DNA of 64,000 bases from Chrysomallon squamiferum. Its lineage: Eukaryota > Animalia > Mollusca. Position 1 is the first letter of the stretch; every line of letters begins with the position of its first letter. The notes under the pieces were generated by a model. The model worked only from the letters and a program-made list of their open reading frames with translations, was not told the DNA's origin and ran no database searches. The DNA lies in assembly GCA_012295275.1 (NCBI GenBank), contig CM022679.1, forward strand, positions 11,594,001 to 11,658,000, in the 5' to 3' direction. This document shows, one piece after another, positions 28,140 to 39,900 of the stretch. Made by a program: the position numbers and the translations under genes.

Positions 28140-28921
28140 TCTGATATATAAAAAAATATTGTAAAATATCAGATAGTATTACCTATAAAATATAACGATA
28201 TGAATAGATCGTAAATAATGAAGACGTTTACAACAAACGAACTAGAAATATAAAATAACAAAACAGATTTGAAATCTGAATAATCTTGTATTCGTAAATA
28301 TGTGTTTTTCTCACAAATTATTGAATTTTATTATGCATTCTTTTTTTTTTTTTTTTTTTTTTAATATAACTGAAGCAAAATATTGGTATTAATCCAATAA
28401 CAAATATATATACACACACACATACATATACATATACATATATATTCTGATATATTCTGAATCCAGTAATACCAGTAATATTTTCCTTAATTTATTAGAA
28501 TAGAAGTAATGATTTTTATTTATTTATTTATTTATTTATTATTATTATTATTATTATTCTACATTTTGTGAGTGTAAAATTATAATTTTCTGCTAAATTA
28601 TGCCTTTATAATGTAAAAGAAAATGCATAATTAGCAACAGACTCAATTTTTAATTTATTTATTTATTTATTTGTAAAGTTAATTTATTAATTCACTTTCT
28701 TCTTTATTTTATTTCATTTAACTCAATCGGTATCAATATTAATGGCAGTGCCACCTGTTGTTAACATTAATTTCTTTAACTTCTTTATTTGTACTGTATG
28801 GATACATGTATGTAAAATATACAGTGCCTTTTAGAAGAAAAAAAAACAAACAAAAAACAACTTCAAAATAACCCTTTGTTACCTTATAGTGACATCTGAG
28901 AAACCAATATTTCTAAGTATT

Positions 28922-29631
28922 CTTACGAGTTTAATTGTTCGTATGTTAAATCAGTTTTCTTAATTGAAATTATTTGAAATAACATTAATCCGTTCCAGGC
29001 CCCCCAAAACCACCCCAACGTATTTTTAAACAAGAAAAATGTATATATAAATATATAAATGACAAATATTGTATAAAAACAAAATAAAAGAGAATGTAAA
29101 GAAATAAATTGGTTTTGTAAAGTGTAGTGTTTCGCCATCTTTTCATTGACAGAGATCCGCTATTTACACACTATTTTAACACCTTTGGCTGGAGTTAGCC
29201 TTTATCGACTCCTTCTGCTTCAGTATGGTACATATTGTAAAACGTACTACTCTCATACTGCCTATCTGTGTTGACTACACGAACACTTCACTTATGTTTT
29301 TCTATGATTTCATGCTTTAATTCAAAGGACATCATCTGCTTTTTTCTTCTCAGCACTGTCCTTTGCAATCACCTTCTTAGGGTCCATGGAAATACTGCAC
29401 AAAACGCGACCACAACACAACAGAGATGCTTCCACGGCAAGGTACCCACGTGAAGCAAACGATCGAGACGCGGGATGCTGGGCTGATGGTGTGTTGTTCG
29501 TTGCGCCAAGTAGCGGCAGCATATCTGAACTCGCTCGTAACTCTGATTTTGGCTCGCAACTCAAAGCAAAAAATCGACCGGCCGGCTGTCAAGGAAAGAT
29601 GTCAAGAAAGATGTCACTCGAGGTACCACTG
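28922..29631 (-). mobile_element. Tigger/pogo-type non-autonomous DNA transposon, copy 2 (left end truncated)
   Basis: Colinear with 25290-26038, including the same internal deletion. It ends GGTACCACTG-TA and encodes MDPKKVIAKDSAEKKK. Confidence 0.85.
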
Positions 29632-29649
29632 TATTTTGTATATTTTAAA

Positions 29650-30300
29650 CAACTTTTTCAATTTTTTCTCCTTTTTGAAAATAAGGAAATTCTAAACGAA
29701 AATAGAGTAAAAAACAAAACAAAAACAACAACAAATATACAAGAAAAAAAAAAAAACCAAAACAGTTCGGTAAGAGGACAGACGTTTGACCTACTTTGGT
29801 GTACAGAGTGTTTGTTGGTCCTGTAAATGTCGAGACTAATGCTCAAATATCGAAGGAGCGAAATACAAAGAAATAACGGTAAATGCGCAAGTGTATCCTT
29901 TGCAAACTTCTTTTTTTTATTATTTTGAAACAAATTTTTATATTTCATTAAAGTTTCTAAAGTGAAAAGGAAAAGGTTGTCAACAGCCATTGAATACATA
30001 ACACATAAATCGTTCTACTTTACACATAATTACATTGAATAAAATGTCACGAAATACGGGTTCCAGAATAGTGAATACGCTTCAATCTCAGAACGGGGCA
30101 ATTGAAATTTCCATTCAACATCATAAATATGCACCCGAAATATAATGTAACTGGAAAAGCAAACGTTTAAAAATGATAGTAAAATAATTATACTTGAACA
30201 GACAATTCTTTAAACAGAAGTGTTCATACATAAATTTTACATAATACTGTATAATCTACAGTAGCTGTTTTCGGATGATTATTATCGTTTATTCTTTATA
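29650..30300. promoter_or_regulatory. Probable bidirectional promoter region shared by the RRM gene (-) and PDRG1 (+)
   Basis: The genes are head-to-head. Both ATG-containing exons have upstream splice acceptors (27842-27843 on -, 30948-30949 on +), implying non-coding first exons in between. CpG is retained here but depleted in the flanking gene bodies. Confidence 0.5.
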
Positions 30301-30404
30301 TTATAATAAATTATAAAGTTAAATAAATTTTACTAAAATCTAAACATGTTGACAAACTCAATGAATCAAATTAAAACTGTTATTGTGACTTAGAATTTAT
30401 TTTA

Positions 30405-30408
<4 letters not shown>

Positions 30409-30450
<42 letters not shown>
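30409..30450. repeat. (TA)n microsatellite
   Basis: Tandem units read directly from the sequence. Confidence 0.95.
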
Positions 30451-30456
<6 letters not shown>

Positions 30457-30961
30457 CAAAGTTTATATATGATTTTATTTTTTTATTTTTGTGAAAGGTA
30501 ATAGAGTAATTGAGAATGAACAAGCATGAAGGATATTAGACACTGCAATAAGTTCAGGGTGTTGAACTACAAATTAATAAACATTTTTAAATAAAAAAAT
30601 TATCAGATGTTGGGAATGTGGTGAATGTTTCTCAGTTTCATTAGAAAATACCTTTATTATTCAGGAATATATATTTTGTTGTGAAAACAATAATGCTTTT
30701 GTGTAAAATCATAATATTGATTCTTCCTGTTTCAGCGGAATGATTCTGTATCTTAAAATGCAGAATATATCCAGTCTTCTGAATTGCTGAGAAAAAAATG
30801 AAAGTTGTATCAATTGAATTTTTAATTCTAGATATTTTGGCATGTTTTTAGTTCAGTTTTCCCATAATTACAGTTCTTTTCCAGCATCAAAAGCCTTTTT
30901 CTTTAATTATTATTATTATTATTGTTTTATTTTTTATTTTTTGGTACAGAATTAGCTATAA

Positions 30962-33900
30962 ATGGCTACAAATATAGACAACTTGCTGTTGAAGACAGTT
31001 ACAGAGATTGAGGAAACTGCAGAAGAAATTCTCACAGACAAGCAGAAGATCATCAGCTTAGACCAAAAACGACAGAAAACAAGAGAAGCTGTAAGGTGAA
31101 GATGAATTCATTTAATGTTATACTCTGTTTAATTTTTCAGTGTCTGCAGAATTGTGACTCATTTTTATCTTTATTCCTATGATTTTTTAAAGTAATATTC
31201 TGTAATATTTTTATTTTTTATTTAACAAATGAAACACTTACTTTGTAATAATGTAGAAAGTGTTCTAAATGCATTTTTTTAAAACTGAAAAATTATATGT
31301 TTAGCTGTATATGTGTGATACAATAACACCATCTTTATCAGTTAGCTGCCAAAAGGTCCTTAAGGTTTTGTGTTCATCAATGCATCATCATCTAAAATAT
31401 TCTTTGGTCAAATGTTTTGGTTCTCATGGAAAATCACTAAATTTTTACTGAATGTGAATTCTTTCTTTTAACTTAAGAAAATAGTTAATAATATCAAATG
31501 CATGTTTTCATGTACTAATTCAGTGGTTATAGTTTCATTATTTTTCACTAGGATAATATATATTATAAAAAGACTGATTGAAATATTTACATGGTAACAG
31601 CACCAATAAATTCTGTATATTAATGTATTAATTTGGTATTGATTAAAAAAAATTAAAAGGTTTTCTAAAAAAAATATAGGTTTGCTTCTAAATTGATCAG
31701 TAAATACTACAATTCTGTTAATAGCAGTTTTAAATGCTTTTCACATATATAAATATATATATATATATAAATATATATATATATATGAAGGAATCCACAC
31801 AAATATATCATATTTTATTTATTCTGTATATACTGGAAAAGTCCACAGATAATGTATCACAGTTTTGCTCAGGTTTAATTTACATTTAATGAACATAATT
31901 TGAAAACAAATTTCTGATTAAAAGGACAGGATTAGAATGGCTTCTTCGTCACAATAGTAGATATATATATTTTTTTTTAATTTATATCCCAAACACTCAA
32001 TTTTCTGTATTTGACTTTGTATGTTGAAGAGGTAATACAAGATCAAATTTGTACACCTAACACTACATTAGCACTGAGAATGTCAGTTCATCAAACAAAC
32101 AAAAAGAACATCATTGGGTTAAAAGTTTCATATCAGTGTAACAGATGTTGGGATTCATTTTCATATGCTTTTCAACTACGGAGGCATCTACGATTACATT
32201 TGATTGATTCACATGTACATGCCTACCTTTACGAATTCAGTGAAGAGTCTGGTATGCAGGAAGCTGATCAGATTTTAACTACATCCCCCAAAAAGAACAC
32301 AAATTTCATGAATTGTATTTCTCAAGATCAGCTGGATCAGGAATCAGTTTCAGAGACAGAGAGTAGACTAAGCACCAACAGTGATTTGAACTCTGATGAA
32401 ATAAAAAAGGCCATAATACAAAGTAGAAATCATTCTTTGACTTCAGCTGCTAATGTAAACAAACAGTATTTCACAGAACTCGCAGCAGAATGTTCATCTA
32501 TTGATACAAATGTAGTGGCTGAAAATCTAGAAGGCAGCAAGAAGAGATTACAAGATTTAGACACTGACCAGGAAAACAAATTATTTAATACAAGACAAAA
32601 ACTTGCTGTTCCAGAGACAAAAAAATGTAAGTCTTTCAGCTGGCAAAATGTTGAAGATAAGGAAACATTTGCAGTTGTTTGTAAAATTAGTAGAGACTCA
32701 GTAGATTTAAGTACAGTTATCCAAAATATTAGCGCATTCATTACTGATGAGTCCAGTGATGATAAGATCTCTGAATCTGAAAAAAAAGTTAATATTTGTG
32801 TGAATGAAATTCCTAATGAAGATATGGAAAGACATAGTGAAGAAGAATGTCATAACCATTTTGTTGAAGATATTCCTCTTGAAGAAAACATAAATATACA
32901 TGGAACAGTATCTACAGGAAGGCTATCTTTTGCTGAATATATTTATCTAGCTGCTGGAAGTCAGGAAATGAAAAGAAAACAGTTTACTGTGCAGGCTACA
33001 AAAGATAAAAAACCGTTACTTTGTCATGCATGTGGTAAACATTTCTCAAAAAAATCTGGTTTATCTGCACATACCTTAGCACATGGAAGAAAAAAAGCCA
33101 AACTGAAAATGATGAGTAATATTAAATTTCTTAAAATTGTTTGTCAAACTTCTTTTCTGGAGATAACATCAAAGGTTAAAAGAACTAGCACTGATATTTT
33201 GTAGACAGGGTAACCCCAATTCCAATTTAAACATCCTGTAAAAAAACAAGATTAAGAAAATTTAATGGATCCGTAAAGAAGGTAATAGAAATTTGAAAGA
33301 TGTTAATATTTCCAAAGGTAGCTTAAAAGAAAGTAATTTGAACGATGCATAACAAATAAAAAAGTTAGACAGTTTAAAAATGTTTCAGTAATGTTTCAAA
33401 AGAACTGTGAATCCCTGGTTTATTATTACTCTTAGAGAAAATGAAAACCTTGTGTTTTTTGAATTTTTTATTTTGTTTTTTTAAATAAGCTGTGTTTGTG
33501 AAAGTTATTCCCTCAGATCAGAAATTTAAAAATTCTTGAAATACCAAAAAAAAGAGAAAACAAATTGTTAAAACGATATGAAAAACAAAATACTAATTTA
33601 AAAACAAAAAAATAACAAAAACAAACAAAAATCATACTATATTTAAAATGAAAGTAAAAATGTTGATGTTTTCTGAAAGCAATCTAGATGTGTAATAAGT
33701 GATTTCTAAAGAGACACAGGGTAGTTTTAGGGTATGTAAGGCCAAATAATTGTATTTAGTATGCATGTACAATTCTAGATGGAATTGTTTCTGTCATGGT
33801 TCATCTAATAGAGATCAGTTGTGGATTGTAACAATCTTTGTTAATATGCGAATATTTTAAAATATGTGAATGAGTAAATGAAAAATGTGTCGATCAACAC

Positions 33901-36900
33901 AAATTTATCATTGAACTTATTCACTCATTTTCATGTATTTCTTTAGCTGTTATCCCAGTGTGGAAATAGCCATTTGGGTTAATGCATATTACTGAATATA
34001 AATTAGGAGATGTTAGCCTGGCTTAGATCCTTTAGCCAGAAGACTTGGTAAATTTTCCCCAGATTACCTCTATTGGATCACTGAATTTTTCATACAGTTA
34101 TAAATATTTCATAAATACTAAATAACACAATAATAACATTAAATTCAGTTAAACTTTTCACTTCAGATCAGCAGTTTAAAAATTAAAATATATCGAAACA
34201 GAACAGAATTCCATGAATGACTGAACTGTAGAGGCAGTGATAGTAGATTAATTCTGTTTCTGGTTTATATAGGTATTATTTCAACATTTTTAGATAAATT
34301 CTTAACATTGTCAGTTTGCTCAGCTCGGTTTTTATATCTGTTTTTATTTTATATATATATTATTTTTTATTAATTATTTTTATTTATTTATTTTTATATT
34401 TATTTATTTATTTTTTTTTTTAAATGTTTTTTTTTTTTTTTTTTCTTGCTAAGATACCTTTGTTTAAGAACACTAATATGAATTACTATTGATCAAGAAT
34501 GAACATTTGTTATCCTTATTCAGTTTTAAATTTAGTTCACTCAATTTAGTAAACATCAGATTTTGCATAATTATTTATTGTAACTGAATACTGAAACCTT
34601 TATTTGTTAATTTTTTAATTTGAATTTGGATGAAAATTGAGTTTTTCAGAAACAGAGTTGAATGTTTTTCTTTATAGTAGTTGACAAAACATTTTTTTTT
34701 TACTTTATTTCATAATTTTAATTTTGTACAGTAATTTCTCATTTAAATTAAAATGCATAATTGCTTTGTTTTTGTCATTCTTTTCCTGGTTGCTTTATGG
34801 AAAATGTTTATATTAATAATAATAAATAAATGTAATAATTTTTAAAAAGACCTAATATAATACACAGGAAAACTTAAAACTACATTATCAAAAAGTTGTG
34901 TTATTGTGTATATATTGTTAATTTTACTTATAAATATTTCTAACTTTCAGATTTTTAGCTAATTTCCTTTGAAATATCATATGTATAAAAGTGGACAGTT
35001 TATTTATGTTTAATTGTAAACTGAAACAGAGGTATATGAAGCACCTTTAACTATATTTAAATTCATTAAATATGAAATAATCCTTTGGTTAATGTTTCTG
35101 CTATGGTCTACCTGTATTATTTATTTCTGTACCTTCAATAAATAATCTGTGCTCTTTAAAAAATGAGATTTTGTGTATTATTGCCATGACCATGATATTT
35201 TTAAAAGAACGTACATACCTACATGTTTTTATATTTGTTTAAATCATCTGTTTATTCATGTGTAATAAACATTCAGTTTTATTGAGATGATCTAGTGGGT
35301 TTGTTAAGGGTGTTTTTAAAATGATACACAGCCTATTTCCTTAGATTTAGGGATATACTGTTCACACACCAGATATCACATTAACACTCATGCTAATAAC
35401 GATCTCTTGATTAATTGTAAATATTCACCGAGTTGCCAATAGAGAATTGGTCTTTTTGATGCATTCAAACCAAAAAAGCAGCCCCACTATCCTTAAAACA
35501 TATTTTTCAGATGTTTTATAACTGAAACAATTACAAAGTTGTGAAAGACTACACATTAATGTTTAAAATTATTAAAATTATTATTTTTGTTTTTAGAATT
35601 TGTAGACTGAGCAGACTTTGAAATAGTCTTCAAGAGATTCAAATAATAAAACTGACGTTTAATGACAATTTAAAAAAAAAAACAATGAATGATACGAGGC
35701 AGCAATCCTACAAACTGAAACCACTGCATCATTGCAACCTATGTTCAGATTCATTTGCATTTGCTTTTCAACTCAGGAAGCATCTCAGAAAACACCTCAT
35801 CATTTCATCAGCTAGTAGTGTGTGTGAATCAAATGAAAACCAGTTAAACCAATTAGAGCCACTACCTGAAAAAAAGAATTCTAGTAATTCAAATCAGAAA
35901 TGTTTATTCAGAAATAAAAATTACTATACTGACTGTGGTATTAATTCTTGTGATTCAAGTGTAAACGATTCAGAAGAAAAGCGTTCCAAACCATCCTGTG
36001 AACTAAAAGCTAGAAGAAGCAAAACAGTGGCAGAAAGATTTAAAAAACTGAAAATGTCGAAGCAGTCAAAAAATGTACATGAATCTGTTTCTGTAGATAG
36101 TGAAAAAGATTGTGAAGAAGATGTGAAATCAAATTTACAAGAAACTTCAATTTATATGACATCTTCTGATTTAATTTGCAAGCAGACTCAGGAATATTCA
36201 ACAGATAATATATTTAAGGAACACAATCTGGATGGATTTACTTCATTTGATGAAACTCAGTACACCATGGTTACACAAGAAAGTGAATATCTGACAAAAG
36301 AGAAATCTAATGGAGAAGATTTGGGATTTCATAACAACAATGATTGTTCATTGAACAATTTATTTATCCATAATAATAATGTTAATAAAGAATGTGAAAC
36401 TTCTGATCCAAATAGTGTGTTCAGTTCTAAAATGGATGTTTTATTTGAAGAAAGAGTTAATGATGAAACAGATTTAAAAATGAACAATTCGGTTGAAAAT
36501 CATATCTGCAATATGGAAACAGAATATTCAGGCTCAAAAAAAGTTCTTGGTAACAAAATATCCACAACCAACTGCCAACCTGCAAAAGAAACTTTGAATG
36601 AAGAACCTTTTGAGACTGATAATGGAAAAATTCTGGATATAGAAATGGGTCAGAAGTTACCAGATTATAATAATGAATGTTTGGACCCAAATATTATTAA
36701 GAAACATTTAAATAAAGAAGTTAGTAATTTAGAAAAACAAGTAATAGAAACAAAAAACATTAAAAATTCACCAGGTTCCACAAAATTGATATCGGATATC
36801 AGGAATTTAGACAAAAAAAAGGTGCTACAGGTAAAACTTTCTGATTTGAAATTTATATATAACCCCAAAAATTGGAAAGGAATTAATTCACCAATATCTC

Positions 36901-39900
36901 AGAACAAAACAAAAAAGTTGCAAAGAGACAATGTCATGGAAACTAAATTCACAAGTACTGAGATTTTTACAGAGGAAGAAAATTCAGTTAATGGTGATAT
37001 GTTGAAATTTCAGATAGTTAAAAAAGATATTTTGAAGAATGGTGAAAACAGAAGAGAAACAGAATCTTCACCTGAAAAACAGTTCTTGTTGAAACTGAAA
37101 CTGATTCAGAAGTGCAAGATTCGGTGGAAAACACTGAGAAAACACAACCTTCAGTTACAACTCCTAGGTCTGCAAACAGCTACTATGTTGGTTCAGAAAC
37201 ACAATCTGAAATTACTGAACAAAGTATTTCAGACCTGGAAAAAGTAACAACTGACCAAAGCAAAATGATGAATACAAAAAAGAAATTACTCAAGAAAGAA
37301 AGGCAAAATGAATATGAAATGTTTTCATCAAACATTAAGTTGAATCAATTTAAAAGTGAGATTAGAGAACCAAATTTTGAAGAAAAAACATTATTTATAC
37401 CTTGTCATTACTGTAGCAAACACATTTCCAAAAAGAATATGGCAAGACATATCTGTAACCATTGCCCTTTCCGAACTTTTCCAACTTCTGAAAAGAAAAA
37501 CTGTCATTTATGTTCCATGCCATTTTATTATGAGAATCTAATTACACATCTTGAAAAAGTGCATGGCCAAGGCATTAAGAGAAATCGTTTTTGTAGTGTT
37601 TGTTTAGAAACAGGTTTCAGTAAATACACAGCTTTGCAAGAACACAAGAGAAAACATTTTCTCAGTATTGAGGACATTGACTTCAGTTGTAATGAAAAAA
37701 CTGATGGCAATTTCCCTGGTTGTGACCACCTTTGCCCAGTCTGTAAAATTGAAATGCTAACAGCCTCAAACATTAAAATTCATATAGTGGGTCATATAAT
37801 CGATAAAACAAAGTCCTGCAGAGGTCAGTTACGTAAAGGACATGACTTTCAGTGTCCTGTTTGTTTAAAAATCTTTAAACTGAAAACTCGCATAGAACAT
37901 CATGTTCTGTCACACTGGAAGATCAAACTGTATGAATGTCCTTTCTGCAAAATGCAGTTTGCAAGATATGATACTTTGGAACGCCATGCTAAAAGCCATC
38001 AGCTACAAACTACTCATGACCAGCAGAAAACTGACAATTTGGAAAAAGAGTAATATTTGTAAAGAAAATCCATGGTAACTTAGTAAAAAAAAATTTATAA
38101 AATAAAATAAATAATAGATGTTCAGTGAAAAGTGATGTTTTATTTCTTATAAGATAGTTAAACAATAGAATTGTTCTGTCAGCTATTAATATAGACAACA
38201 AAACAATCAGATTTATAAATAGTGTCCTTTGATGTGAAACAAAAGGAAAAAGTTAAATGTAATTAACATACATTTTTATTTGAGTCCAAATTGGATAAAA
38301 GTTATAGGAATAGGGGAAATTTTTATATATTTCATGTAAAACAACATAAAGTTAACATCTGAAGAGACTTTTTAATAAAAATTTTAGTTCTTAACCATCA
38401 AATTGTTTTTGAAATATTAATTGCATATTTCACATGTAAAAATTAATAATGCAAAAAAAAGTTTGAATGGTTGCAATTTGTGTTATGATGTTCATTCCCA
38501 GCATACTTAAATATTATATCTTTACAAAGTTTTAACAAAGCCAAGCTATATCTTTTTGACAAATACCTCTGAATAATTTCACTAAATGATTATGTATCTT
38601 TAACTGTATAAATCTAAATAATTACTTTATAATAAATTTGAGTTGTTTAAATTTGCATTGTTTATTCAATTTCTGTTATATACCATTACATGTTGTTGAT
38701 ACAGATTTATATATATTTTTTGTAAATAAAGTTGATTTTTCCTCCAAATCCTTTATGAAACAATATAAGCCACACCTGTTGTTAAAATTTTATATTTTTA
38801 GTTTTGATAAAATTTGTATTTTAAACTTTTAAGATTTCTTTTTTTTTTTTTTTTTTTTTTTTATTAACAAGTTTTAATAATCTGTTTCATTAATTTTTTT
38901 TTTTGATAATTTTTAAACATTAATTAAGTGTTTTGTGCAGTTCCTGTCAAGTCTGTTTTTGATATTTAAAAATTTATTTAGCAGAGATTTGCTGTTGTAT
39001 CTTTTGATGATCAGTAAATGGTGTATTCAATTATTAACTGACATTTGTTTAAATGTTGGCAAAAATTAACTGTTTTGTTTTGTTATCATCATTTGATATG
39101 GTTATGTAATGATAAATAATTTTGAATTTGTTTTAACTATTATTCTTACTCAAAATTTTTAATTACTGAAAATTGCTATTTTTAAAGAATTGGCAGGTGA
39201 TAAAAGATTTTTGAAATAAAATTACCTTTTACTAAATTTAAACAAAAAATGGCACATTTTCCTTTCTCATTATTTTGAAGTAAGATATTAACTGCATTTT
39301 TCATTTTTTAATAATAAATGTGCAAATTTCATTATGATTAGGCATTGTTTATTTTCTTTTGTCATTTGTTTTTGCTTTGGATGGAAAGAATAAATATTTT
39401 TAATGTATGGTGAAAAACCTAAAACTTAAACATTCTTAAATGAATGTAATAAAAATAATACAGAATTTATTTCTGGTGAATTAGAATAGTTTGAAAACAT
39501 CATATCATTTATGATCATGTTTCTTTGATTGGTCAGTCTTTTTATGTGAATGTTATTCAGTTTGTTTTTGTTGTTTCTTCGATTTTGCTATTATCAAAGA
39601 TATTTCATTTCTCCTTCTTTCTGCTGTATGTTTCTTTTATTTAAGAAAACACAAAAAACTTACTGTTTTCTTTTTTAAATTTTCTTTTCTAGTTAACATT
39701 TTTCTATTTGTAAGAAAACAATTCTTAATTTGAATAAAATTTGGTATTAGTATATAATTGTATGTTGTTCCAGTTGTGGTGATGTGCTTTGAGACTCCTA
39801 TAAAACATAAAATATATTAGATCTGTTTTAATGGTAATTTAGTTTCATGCATAAAATTGGAAATGCAATAACTGAATTTCGTTTTCTAAATTCAAAATTG

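Noticed and set aside
29268-29999. Several overlapping 60-146 aa ORFs
   Set aside because: They arise from the GC-richer Tigger copy and adjacent A-rich sequence and show no independent protein features.
37073-37082. Programmed -1 ribosomal frameshift in ZF-B as the main explanation
   Set aside because: There is no canonical slippery heptamer or obvious downstream stem, and other suspected one-base indels in A-runs in this window favour consensus error.
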